Assembly: GCA_009914755.4 (NCBI GenBank)
Contig: CP068257.2
Location: forward strand, 11,328,001-11,392,000
DNA from: the human T2T-CHM13v2.0 reference genome, Homo sapiens
DNA length: 64,000 nt
Reading direction: 5' to 3'
Shown piece after piece: positions 30,616 through 45,368 of the stretch. The stretch's first letter is position 1. Each line of letters begins with the position of its first letter. The notes under the pieces are model-generated. The model had not been told where the DNA came from. It made no database searches and saw only the letters and a list, made by a program, of their open reading frames with translations. The position numbers and the translations under genes were made by a program.

Positions 30616-30912
30616 GGGCCAGGTGCGGTGACTCACGCCTGTAATCCCAGCACTTTGGGAGGCTGAGGCACGTGGATCACGAGGTCAGGAGATCGAGTCC
30701 ATCCTGGCCAACACGGTGAAACCCCATCTCTACTAAAAATACAAAAAGTTAGCCGAGCATGGTGGCACACACCTGTAATCTCAGCTACTCAGGAGGCTGA
30801 GGCAAGAAAATCCCTTGATCTGGGGAGGTGGAAATTGCATGAGCTGAGATTGCACCACTGCACTCCAGCCTGGGTGACAGAGTTAGACTCCATCTCAAAA
30901 AAAAAAAAAAAG
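30616..30912 (+). mobile_element. Alu
   Basis: The element starts 'gggccaggtgcggtgactcacgcctgtaatcccagcactttgggaggctgaggc' and ends '…gacagagttagactccatctc' plus poly(A). Confidence 0.9.
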
Positions 30913-31480
30913 AATTTTGAAGCTTCTTAATTCCATTTATTTAAGACATTATTCTCATTGGGATTACGGGGGAATCCCTGAATTTTGGTAAAAACAAATC
31001 CAAGTCACAAAATCAGAAAAAAAAAGGGAAGATATAGGATGATGCGTTTCATTCTTCATATGAATATGCATTTTACAAATATATAACTAAGACCAATTTT
31101 GGATTTATTTCCAGGCTTGGAGATAACTTATGGAAACTTTTAACATTAAAGTTAAATTTGCAATTCAGAATTAATCCATACATTATTTCACTGTTTTCTT
31201 GTTAATATTAAATGCTGCTGACTCAGTAAAGTTTATTATTTGAATATAACAAGAATGTGTGAATTGTAAATGCCATGCTAAAGTCTGGAACATTTCTACA
31301 AAATTCAGTTTAGCAAATATTTGTTAAGACTTCAGTCAAAGCCTTTTACAACTGCACTGCTCTAGGTTTTGAGGACTCAAAATAATCTCTGCTCACAAAC
31401 CAGACATGCAGACAAATAAGGTTCTATGTATTAAGGTCAATAATAGAATTTTGCTGAAGACAAAATATTATCGCAGACAC

Positions 31481-31649
31481 AAAAAAATTAGCCAGACATG
31501 GTGGCAGGTGCCTGTAATCCAAGCTACTCAGGAGGCTAAGGAAGGAGAATAGCTTGAACCCAGGAGGCAGAGGTTGCAGTGAGCCAAGATCACATCACTG
31601 CACTCATCTTGGGCAACAGAGTGAGACTTCATCTCAAAAAAAAAAAAAA
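31481..31649 (+). mobile_element. Free right Alu monomer-like element (FRAM-like / truncated Alu right arm) with poly(A)
   Basis: The sequence 'aaaaaaattagccagacatggtggcaggtgcctgtaatccaagctactcaggaggctaagg…gcagtgagccaagatcacatcactgcactc' ends in poly(A), and no left arm is present. Confidence 0.7.
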
Positions 31650-31931
31650 TCTTGATTCCTTTATCCCCTGTGCTTCACAGCATTCAGAGTCTTCCATATT
31701 TTCTGGGAGTTTCTTGGTTAGTTGGGCTTGGCCTCTCCTCACTTACTGTTGGAGCCTGCCCTCTTCTCTGTGCTCCAGAGCAGATCATGTTTTCTCTACT
31801 CAGTTCCCTCTAGTGAGGAGACTCATTCCACTTTCACCCCCACCTTAGCACCAAGCACCATTAATTCAAGACCACTATGTGGAGGAGATAAGGGAGAATT
31901 ACATCCCACGAAGAGCAGCAAAATGCATAAA

Positions 31932-32063
31932 CATGCATATATATACACACATATGCATGTATATGCACATATACACACATATACATATATATGCATATAT
32001 ACATACACACATATATACACGTATACACATATACACACACACACATATATACATGCATATATT
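31932..32063. repeat. Compound (CATA)n/(CA)n/(TA)n simple repeat
   Basis: The tract reads catgcatatatatacacacatatgcatgtatatgcacatatacacacatatacatatatatgcatatatacatacacacatatatacacgtatacacatatacacacacacacatatatacatgcatatat. It is the source of the overlapping His/Tyr/Ile/Cys-rich ORFs on both strands. Confidence 0.9.
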
Positions 32064-32299
32064 GCCACCACTATCCTGAATCTCCTCATTTTTTCCCATC
32101 AGAAGGAATTTCTCCACCCCACCCTACCATTTTCTTGGAACTTCTAGTCTCTCTCACATTATTAATTCTACACCTGGGGCTGCCTTGCCCCCTCTTGCTA
32201 ACTGCCTGGTGGTAACTTGGCACTCCACTTAGTTACTACTTAACGTTACAGCTCACCCTTTTTTACATCATATTTATGAAGCATTAAATATTCTAAAAG

Positions 32300-32600
32300 T
32301 GGCCGGGTGCAGTGATTCATGCCTGTAATCTCAGCACTTTGGGAGGCCAAAGCGGGCGGATCATGAGGTCAGGAGTTCAAAACCTCCTGACCAACATGGT
32401 GAAACCCTGTTTCTACTACAAATACAAAAATTAGCTGGGCATGATGGCGTGTGTCTGTAATCCCAGCTACTCAAGAGGCTGAGGCAAGATAATCACTTGA
32501 ACCTGGGAGGCAGAGGTCACAAAGAGCCGAGATTTGTGCCACTGCACTCCAGCCTGGGTGACAGAACAAGACTCTCAAAAAAAAAAGAAAAAAAAAAAAC
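32300..32600 (+). mobile_element. Alu
   Basis: The element starts 'ggccgggtgcagtgattcatgcctgtaatctcagcactttgggaggccaaagcgggcggatcatgaggtcaggag' and ends with a poly(A) tail. Confidence 0.9.
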
Positions 32601-33154
32601 AAGCTACTTTGTCTAGGGTACCCTATTATACCAAGGAATTTAGTGCCTCATGAAAAAAGACTCTCAAGGATGTTTTTCTAAACAATAGAACCTTCTACCT
32701 TAGAAATCATTTATGGTATTATCCAACATCATTATTTTTTATTTTATATATATTTTTCACTACAATAAAAATCTTTCAAATATATCAAAATACAATTTTA
32801 TTAAAACAGAAAAGTTGTTTATTAGATAATCTTTTAATTTTAACATATTAATTTATCTATCGGGGTTCTATGTCATTCACTCAGGAAGAGAATTCAATGA
32901 ATAAATGTGGTAACTTCACATATCGTAGAACTTTTTCACAAAAATGGGCAATTTTTCATTTTTCAGAGTGAACACTGAGCCACCACCTGAGGAAAAATAA
33001 ATGATCATTTTTAACAATTAAAGTTACTTTTTTTTAATCATCTGGTCTTTTAAGATGTTTTTAGACTTATAGATCAAGATAAGAAGTTAGCATGCACTTA
33101 TCCTTCTTTCAATTTGTATCCATCCCTAATTTATTTCTTCCTATTGTGCAATAG

Positions 33155-33534
<380 letters not shown>

Positions 33535-33623
33535 CTACAAATTTTCTTTGTAACTTACCTTATTATTAAATTGGTCTTCCTAATTCTTATTTTTTTATTT
33601 TTTTGTTTTTTATTTTTTATTTA

Positions 33624-33914
33624 TTTTTTTGAGACGGAGTCTTGCTCTGTTGCCCAGGCTAGAGTGCAGTGGTGCAATCTCAGCTCACAGCAACCTCCTC
33701 CACCTCCCGGGTTAAAGCCACTCTCCTACCTCAGCCTCCAGAGTAGCTGGGATTATAGGCATGCACCACCACGCCCGGCTAATTTTGTATTTTTGGTAGA
33801 GACAGGGTTTCTTCATGTAGGTCAGGCTGGTCTCAAACTCCCAACCTCAGGTGGTCTGCCTGCCTTGGCCTCCCAAAGTGTTGGAATTACAGGTGTGAGC
33901 CACTGCACCCAGCC
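33624..33914 (-). mobile_element. Alu
   Basis: The element runs from 'tttttttgagacggagtcttgctctgttgcccaggctagagtgcagtggtgcaatc' to 'gaattacaggtgtgagccactgcacccagcc'. Confidence 0.9.
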
Positions 33915-34269
33915 TGGTCTTTTAAAATTTGACCTAAACAGTTCATCCTGTCATGTTCTTCATGAGAGATGAAGGTCCACTATTTTTCCCTTGTTATTTT
34001 AATAAAAACAACTATTTACCTTGAATATACTGAATATATACAAAATACATATTCATTTACACACCATGGCTTTTTAAAAGGGTTGTCCTTAGATGTGGCC
34101 TCCAGGGATAGTTAAGCTGTAAATGGAAGGCTTCATATGTAAAGACATTTTCCTTTTGACCTTGTTTCTTATGGTGAGTGTGTGTGTGTGTCTGCTTTTA
34201 GTGGTAGAAGTTAAGGGGAATCTCTATGATTGTTTTTTTTTCTCTCCATTTATCCCTCATTTTCTTTCT

Positions 34270-34552
34270 TTTTTTTTTTTTTTGAAACAGAGTCTTCCTT
34301 TGTCAGTGCAGTGGCATGATCTAGACTCACTACGACCTCTTCCTCCTGGGTTCAAGTGATTCTTATGCTCAGCCTCTCAGGTAGCTGGGATTACAGGCAT
34401 CCACCACCATGCCCAGCTAATTTTTGTATTTTAATGGAGATGTGGTTTCGCCATGTTGCCCAGGCTGGTCTCAAACTCCTGAGCTCAGGCAATCTGCCCA
34501 CGTCGGCCTCCCAAAGTGCTGAGATTACAGGCATCAGCCACCATGCCCGGCC
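34270..34552 (-). mobile_element. Alu flanked by a 17-bp target-site duplication 'catttatccctcatttt'
   Basis: The element starts with poly-T plus 'gaaacagagtcttcctttgtcagtgcagtggcatgatc' and ends 'gagattacaggcatcagccaccatgcccggcc'. The TSD copies lie at ~34,251-34,267 and ~34,554-34,570. Confidence 0.9.
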
Positions 34553-34582
34553 CCATTTATCCCTCATTTTAATATTTTTTAA

Positions 34583-34878
<296 letters not shown>

Positions 34879-35061
34879 GACTATCCCTCACTTTATAACA
34901 TTAATCAAGTTCTTTTATAATTTTATGTTAAAGATTTTTGAATTTTGTTAATCTATTTTATTTTCCTTCATAAAATGATCAAAGCTAGAAATAACATTAC
35001 AAAGTATATCATAATCGTTAACAGAAAGAGCTCTATAATCAGCTTAAATTTCTTTTCTCTC

Positions 35062-35220
35062 TTTTCTAGTTATGTGATCTTAGGCAAGTTACATAAATTA
35101 CCTGTGTTCAGTTTATTTATTTGTGAAATGGGGAAAATAATGGTGCCTGTCTCTGGGTAAGATTGTAGTGAGGGTGAATAACAGATTTATCAAGCATAAA
35201 GCAGTGCCTGGGACACAGGA
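35062..35220 (+). mobile_element. MIR (mammalian-wide interspersed repeat) core
   Basis: The sequence 'gttatgtgatcttaggcaagttacataaattacctgtgttcagtttatttatttgtgaaatggggaaaataatggtgcctgtctctgggtaagattgtagtgagggtgaataacagatttatcaagcataaagcagtgcctgggacacagg' matches the MIR consensus ('…gtgaccttgggcaagttacttaacctctctgagcctcagtttcctcatctgtaaaatgggga…agcgcttagcacagtgcctggcacatag'). Confidence 0.65.
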
Positions 35221-35229
35221 ATTGCCCTC

Positions 35230-35710
35230 TCTGCATGCCCCTGCATATGTGTGCATACAGGCATGAATCACTTGATGATGGAATAAATTTGGAGAAATAT
35301 GTCTTTAGGCAGTTTTGTTATTGTGCAAATATCTCAGAGTGTACTTACACAAACATAGATGGGATAGCCTACTACTCTGCTAGAGTATATGATAGAGTAT
35401 ATGTAGCCTGTTGCTGCTAGGCTACAAATCTGTACAGCATGTTACTGTACTAAATACTGCAGGCAACTGTAACACAGTGGTAGGTATTTTGCATCTTATC
35501 ATAGAAAAGGTGCAGTAAAAAAAAAAAAGGGGTACACTTGTAGAGGGCACTTACCATGAATGGAGCTTGCACAGCTGGAAGTTGCTCTGGGTAAGTGAGT
35601 GAGAGGTGAGTGAATATGAAGGCCTAGGACATTACGGGCACTGTTGTAGACTTTAGCAGTACTGGATGTACACTTAAGCTATGCCAAATTTATTTTTAAA
35701 TTGTTTTCTT
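35230..35710. mobile_element. Old interspersed repeat, probably DNA-transposon-derived (Tigger/MER-like); family not identified
   Basis: The segment 'ctaggctacaaatctgtacagcatgttactgtactaaatactgcaggcaactgtaacacagtggtaggtattt…gtgaatatgaaggcctaggacattac…gtacacttaagctatgccaaatttat' matches a sequence commonly seen as an annotated human repeat. This is a recall-based assignment only. Confidence 0.3.
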
Positions 35711-36110
35711 TTATCAATAATAAATTAGCTTTAGCTTACTGTAATTTTTTTATTTAATATACTTTTTTTAACCTTTTGGCTCCTCTGTCACAACTCTTAG
35801 CTTAAAAGATAAACATATTGTACAACTTTAAAAAATATTATTTTCTTTATATCTAAGTCTATAAGCTTTTTCCAATTTTTAATTTTTGTGTTACTTTTTA
35901 ACTCTTTTATAAAAACAAACACAAACACGCACATTAGTTTAGGCCTATACAGGGTCAGGATCATCAACATCATTGTCTTCCACCTTCATATTCTGTCTCA
36001 ATGGAAGTTCCTTGGGGCAATAACACACATGAAGCTGACATCTCCTATGATAACAATCCCTCCTTCTGGATACCTCCTGAAGGACCTGCCTGAAATTGCT
36101 CTACTGTTCA

Positions 36111-36459
<349 letters not shown>

Positions 36460-36477
36460 ATAAAAAGAATAGAGTAA

Positions 36478-36813
<336 letters not shown>

Positions 36814-38139
36814 TTATTATCATTATCAGGTATTATGTTCTGTAAGTAATTATATGTGCTAGAAGCCTGGCAGCACAATAGGTCTGTTTTCACCAGCATC
36901 AGCACAGACATGTGAGTAATGAATTGTGCAATGATATTACATTGACAATGACATCACTAGGAAACAGGAATTTTTCAGCTCCATTACAATCCTACAGGAC
37001 CAATATGTGGTCCACCATTTACTGAAATGTATTTACATGGTGCATGACTGTAAAATTACTAGTCTTCAAAAATCAGTTGTATCTTCAACATTTCCTACCT
37101 CTGCAAAATGCATCACCATTCTCCCAGTTACCCAGGCTTAAAACCTCAGAATTCTATCAAATTATTTCATTTCCTTACATCTCATGTTTAATTAGTCACT
37201 GATTCCCATCAATTTTCCCCTATCATGTTTAATAGTACCAACACATTATTTCTCTTAGAAAAACATTTTTCTAGTTTAAGATCTTAATTTAGCCTATTTT
37301 AAAAAAATCTCAAAGTTTTCCATACAGTCTTTATTTCTTATTTCTTAAAATATTTTCTACATTTTTATACAACTAACCTTTCTAAAGCATAAATATCTCA
37401 CTTTGTCACTTGTATGCCCCCCCAAAAAACAAAAAAAAATATCTTCTTGGTCTAGAAAGTAAAATTATAATGCTTGGCATAATGTAGACAGAAATTCCCA
37501 TTTATCCTTTTTCTCCTTTGCCCCCACACTTTTCTTCCATGTTCACATCAGTACCTAATCTCCCAGACATATGGAATTCATTGTTTCATGAATAAAGCCA
37601 ACACATTCTAACTACCATGCATTTAGTCAAACCATCTGTCCACCTGGAATTTCCTACCATCCCCCATAAAATTTAAATTAAAAAATTCCACTGTTCTGTC
37701 CTCTCTGAAGATGTCCCTGAACCTTTACTGAAACTCATTGACATATCCTTTGGTTCCCGCAGCCTTTATTGTATATGTCATAATTTAGCACATACATTAC
37801 TCTGCCATACATTTTAGTAAGTTAATGACCTGTCTCTTTTCACTGATAAAACAGTGTCAGGATTTTTTCATTTTTGTATTCCCTACTGGTCCACAGAGTG
37901 CTATGAACATATAATTTGCTAAGTTAATTTTAAATTGACTTAAACTTACTGGTGAATTCACCGATTAACTGTTCTTTTCCAGTATTACTCTTAGAAATGT
38001 CCTTTCCTTGATATATTTTATGTTCTAAAAAATTAATTTCATTTTAAGAATCACATCCTCCAAAACAAAAGAAACAAAAGCTCCCATACAATTCTAATGA
38101 TAGTTATAGGTAACATTAAAAAATGGCATACCAACTGTA

Positions 38140-38200
38140 AAAACCAAAAACAAAAAAACAAACAAAAACAAACAAACAAACAAAACAATTCCCATGAAAG
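38140..38200. repeat. (CAAA)n-type microsatellite
   Basis: The tract reads aaaaccaaaaacaaaaaaacaaacaaaaacaaacaaacaaacaaaacaa. Confidence 0.85.
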
Positions 38201-38608
38201 CCAGAGGCAAACAATGCAAATTTTAATGTCAATATTGTCATTTTTTCCTAGGTTAGGGGACAATATAACCACATTTATAAACTTATTCTTTTTGTCTATC
38301 CTCATGTTGACCTCACACATAGCATATTATGCCATTAAAACAACAAAAAAAGGAGAAAATGCTATATTGAAATCCAGTATTTTCTTACAACAATTCCTTA
38401 CTGTGAATTGTGAATGAAAATTAAATTCTTTAATCACTAGGAAAGACTCTGAGTGTGAGAGTGTTTCTTTCAGCTGATATAAACATTGATAAGATCAAAG
38501 CTTGCTCTAAATTTTCTGTCTTACCAGGTCTTGACTGAATCTCAGAACAAAATCCTGTAGTTTCTCTTTATTTCAGATAAACCTTTGATCTTTTAAAAAT
38601 ATAGGCAC

Positions 38609-38918
<310 letters not shown>

Positions 38919-39261
38919 CTAAGGAAATGGCAAAAAGGCAAAAAGATATGCACAAAAAAAGTTAGCCACTACTTGCATTGAAAATGGGTTCAAGTTTAAG
39001 GTTTTGGCAAGTGTTTGAGAAAAATATGAATTAAGCTCATTTTCTGTGGAGACAAGTCTCTAGGCGTTTAGTTTTGGTTAAGTTAAATACTTAAATCTAT
39101 TTAAAATTTTAAAGACCTTAGTAATGTAAACAAATGGTGTTGAGTTTGGACTTCTCTACAATATCTATGTGGAATCTTAGGAAAGGAAGAATGAAAGGAT
39201 ACAATACATTTTAAATGGTAGTTCAGCCTAAATCCTAAGCATAAGCATAATACACTGCTGC

Positions 39262-39950
<689 letters not shown>

Positions 39951-40018
39951 ATATGTTACTTTAAAAAAATAAGTTATTCATTTTAGTTTTCTTCTGTTGC
40001 TAACGATCATTTCTATTT

Positions 40019-41033
40019 TGTAGGGAAAAGGAAGAGGGATCAGACTGTTACTGTGTCTATGTAGAAAGGGAAGAGATAATAAATTCCATTTTTACCTGTA
40101 CCTTGAACAATTGCTTTGTCCTGAGATTCTGTTAATCTGTAACTTTGCCCCAATCACTGTGCCCCAACCTCTTTGCCCCAACCTTGAGCTCACAAAAACA
40201 TGTGTTGTATGGAATCAAGGTTTAAGGGATCTAGGGCTGTGCCTTGTTAACAAAATGTTTACAAGTAGTATGCTTGGTAAAAGTCATCGCCATTCTCTAG
40301 TCTCGATAAACCAAGGGCACGCTGCACTGCGGAAAATGGCAGGGACCTCTGCCCTGGAAAGCCGGGTATTGTCCAAGGTTTCTCCCCATGTAATAGTCTG
40401 AAATATGCCTCATGGGATGAGAAAGACCTGATCATCCCCCAGCCCAACACCCATAAATGGTCTGTGCTGAGGTGGATTAGTAAAAGGGGAAAGCCCTTGC
40501 AGTTGAGATAGAGGAAGGCCACTGTCTCCTGCCTGCTCCTGGGAATGGACTGTCTCGGTATAAAACCCGATTTTACATTTGTTCAATTCTGAGATAGGAG
40601 AAAAACCACCCTATGGTGGGAGGCAAGACATGTTGGCAGCAATGCTGCTTTATTGTTCTTTACTCCACTGAGATGTTTGGGCAGAGAGAAACATAAATCT
40701 GGCCTACGTGCACATTCAGGCATAGTACCTCCCCTTGAACTTAATTATGACACAGATTCTTCTGCTCACATGTTTTTTTGCTGACCTTCTCCCTATTATC
40801 ACCCTGCTCTCCTACCACATTCCTCTTGCTGAGATAATGAAAATAATAATCAAGAAAAACTGAGGGAACTCAGAGGCCGGTGCTGGTGCAGGTGCTTGGT
40901 ATGCTGAGCGCTGGTCCCCTGGACTCACTTTTCTTTCTCTATACTTTGACTCTGTGTCTTATTTCTTTTCTCAGTCTCTCATCCCACCTGACTAGAAGTA
41001 CCCACAGGTGTGGAGGGGCTGGCCACCCCTTCA
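40019..41033 (+). mobile_element. Solo LTR of the HERV-K(HML-2) group (LTR5-like, moderately diverged, LTR5A/B-like), flanked by 5-bp TSD TATTT
   Basis: The element starts 'tgtagggaaaaggaagagggatcagactgttactgtgtctatgtagaaaggg' (the LTR5 consensus starts TGTGGGGAAAAGCAAGAGAGATCAGATTGTTACTGTGTCTGTGTAGAAAG). It contains '…gccctggaaagccgggtattgtccaaggtttctccccatgtaatagtctgaaatatg…cagcccaacacccataaatggtctgtgctgagg…ctcggtataaaacccgatt…'. It ends '…cacaggtgtggaggggctggccaccccttca', where the consensus ends …CACAGGTGTGGAGGGGCAACCCACCCCTACA. The motif 'tattt' lies immediately before and after the element. Confidence 0.75.
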
Positions 41034-41247
41034 TATTTTCACTTAATTTACTCTGAATCTATGCCACTTTTGCATTTGAGGCTAATGTTTGTATTGAAGG
41101 AAAGGATAGCAAGTCAATTTACAATTGGATTTTTTCAATGTATAGAGTTACATGTTTACTAAAAGGAGTAGCCCTTAATTCTTTTTAAAAAGCCCATAGT
41201 AAGCAAGATGATTAACAATTTTTATATGAACAAATGTCTTACAATAT

Positions 41248-41393
41248 TTTAAACATCTAGAGAACACTGATACCGTCTTCACTTACTGACAATGGCATAT
41301 TATCAATTCACTTTTCCAAAGAGAAAGAAGTTACTTCTTTTGACTTAGATCTGACTTCTTAAACTGTCAAATGAAGTAGCTGAGTATAACTCA
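41248..41393 (+). repeat. Left arm of a ~145-bp near-perfect inverted repeat
   Basis: The arm 'tttaaacatctagagaacactgataccgtcttcacttactgacaatggcatattatcaattcacttttccaaagagaaagaagttacttcttttgacttagatctgacttcttaaactgtcaaatgaagtagctgagtataactca' is the reverse complement (~96-98% identity) of 41,884-42,029. Confidence 0.9.
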
Positions 41394-41883
41394 CCACCTA
41401 CAACTTTGATATTTAGCCTCCTCTCTTCATTTGCTTTGTATTATATGTACTGTAGCCCTTACTTTAATATTTCTATATCTTACACATCTTTCTCTCTTAA
41501 AAATGTGCTTTCATTTAGATGAGAAATACAATTTTAAGGGAGAAGTTGACTCATGCCTAGTTCTGTATTTTTTTTTAATTGCTGATCTGTCCTGAGGAAA
41601 TTAATGTCGCCCTACTGGGTATGATGCTGTCCCTCTGGAGAGATTCCTGCAAGTTATGACCACTGGGGATTTTATAGGTGTCCACATTAAGCCTTTCACT
41701 GAGAGAAGAGATTAACTTGCAGTTGCCTCTCTGACAAATATATCTAAGAAATCAACATAATCTTTCAAAACCCTCTGGCTAATACTAGTTTGTAGCCACT
41801 ATTAATATAGTGGTTCTAAGTTTGTTCCAGGGTCTCAAAGCCTTAAATCATTTCATGATTATACTCAGTTATAACTCAGTAGC

Positions 41884-42029
41884 TGAGTTATACTCAGCTA
41901 CTTCATTTAACAGTTTAAGAAGTCAGATCTAAGTCAAAAGAAGTAACTTCTATCTCTTTGGAAAAGTGAATTGATAATATGCCATTGTCAATAAGTGAAG
42001 ATGGTATCAGTGTTCTCTAGATGTTTAAA
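41884..42029 (-). repeat. Right arm of the inverted repeat
   Basis: The arm 'tgagttatactcagctacttcatttaacagtttaagaagtcagatctaagtcaaaagaagtaacttctatctctttggaaaagtgaattgataatatgccattgtcaataagtgaagatggtatcagtgttctctagatgtttaaa' is preceded by short extra partial copies of 'tatactcagttataactcag'. Confidence 0.9.
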
Positions 42030-42652
42030 TGTCTAGATGCAAATGTCAACATATAATGCTTACAAGGACATAACTGGGTGTTTCACACTATTATTTTAGT
42101 TTTAACCCACTTGATCCATCAAGTTATCTGTCATAGAGCAAATGAAAGGCCCCTTTAGAGAAGTCTCAGAATAAAAAATAGGCCTAGTTATGTTCGTTGG
42201 GAGAGAAGTAATTAAAGCATGGGTTTACATTTTCTGTCTATAAGAAATTGTCATTGTAGCTGTTGTTTGTTTCAAAATCTATGTACAGTTCTGACCCACC
42301 AACTGACAATGGCTGCCTGACTCTAACACTCTGGTGTGTTATTGTAAATTCCCTGAGTCTTCTTTATAGCAAGAGAAAAAATCAGGACATTCTGAAAGTA
42401 ATACACTGTGGATATTTACATGGCCAGAGTATAATTTTCTCTGCTTAATAATAAAACTTAATAATGAGCTTAATAATAAAACTCACATACAAATACAAAA
42501 TAAACCTGTGTCAAAATTTATTTCACTTATTCCTGAGGAAATCAGTAGGTGGGAAAGCTGGTTCCAGAACAAGTAAAAAAAAAAAATTACAGATTTTCTT
42601 TCCCCAAAAACAAGAAATGTTAGAATAAGACAACTATGTTAGAAGCAAAACT

Positions 42653-42945
42653 GGGCTGGGAGCGCTGGCCCACACCTGTAATCCCAGCACTTTGGGAGGC
42701 CAAGGCGGGCAGATCAGGAGGTCAGAAAATCGAGACCATCCTGACTAACATGGTGAAATCCGGTCTCTACTATAAATACAAAACCAAAATTAGCCGGGCG
42801 TGGTGGCCTGTAGTCCCAGCTACTCAGGTTGCTGAGGTAGGAGAATGGCGTGAACCCAGGAGGTGGAGCTTGCAGTGATCCCAGATTGTGCCACTGCACT
42901 CCAGCCTGGGCGACAGAGTGAAACTCCGCCCTGAAAAAAAAAAAA
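42653..42945 (+). mobile_element. Alu with TSD 'agaagcaaaa(c/t)tg'
   Basis: The element starts 'ggctgggagcgctggcccacacctgtaatcccagcactttgggaggccaaggcgggcagatcaggaggtcag' and ends with a poly(A) tail. Direct repeats flank it at 42,640-42,652 and 42,946-42,958. Confidence 0.9.
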
Positions 42946-42949
42946 AGAA

Positions 42950-44560
<1,611 letters not shown>

Positions 44561-45070
44561 AATTGCACTGTATTTTTTGTTATTAAGCATAAAATTTAAA
44601 CTTTATTAAACTTATTAGAAAAAGGGAATTGGAAATGTGATATAATGAAGTAATTCACAAAAATGTGTACAGTAAATGCACTCAAGAGCAGTTTTTCTGA
44701 CGTTTGATGAACTCCTATCAGTTGTGAATTAAAACTGATTAATATCCTTCATGGAAACAGATCCATAAGGTCTGGCATTGTCTTTTTCTACTAGAGAGAA
44801 ACCTAGAAATTATCACATAATCGCATAGCATCTAGGATCAAATCAACTAATACATGGCCAAGTCAAAAGAAAATGAAGTAATCTTTGGGTTAACCTTTTA
44901 GAGGATAGCTTTTAATAATGTAATATTACACTAAAAATACATGTTTTATGTCAGAGTTTTAGATACTTTTCCTTAGCAGTCCGCTATCACAAATATGTCC
45001 TCTGTTAGTGCTAATCCATAACTAACTCAGTTCCTTATTTTCATGTCAATAATCTCCAAGTGTTATTCTT

Positions 45071-45368
45071 TTTTTTTTTTTTTTTTTTTGAGACAGAGTC
45101 TGGCTCTGTCTCCCAGGCTGGAGTACAGTGGTATGATCTCGGCTCACTGCAGGCTCTGCCTCCGGGTTCATGCCATTCTCCTGCCTCAGCCTCCCGAGTA
45201 GCTGGGACTACAGGCGCCCGCCACCACGCCCAGCTAATTTTTTGTACTTTTAGTAGAGACGGGGTTTCACCGTGTTAGCCAGGATGGTCTCGATCTCCTC
45301 ACCACGTGATCCGCCCGCCTCAGCCTCCCAAAGTGCTGGGATTACAGGCGTGAGCCACTGGCTCGGCC
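45071..45368 (-). mobile_element. Alu with 16-bp TSD 'tccaagtgttattctt'
   Basis: The element starts with a 20-nt poly-T plus 'gagacagagtctggctctgtctcccaggctggagtacagtggtatgatc' and ends 'gattacaggcgtgagccactggctcggcc'. TSD copies lie at 45,055-45,070 and 45,369-45,384. Confidence 0.92.

Noticed and set aside
31722-32215. Overlapping ORFs rich in His/Tyr/Ile/Cys/Val on both strands (for example the 141-aa ORF 31722..32147)
   Set aside because: They arise from the (CATA)n/(CA)n/(TA)n simple repeat at 31,932-32,063 and have no coding signal.
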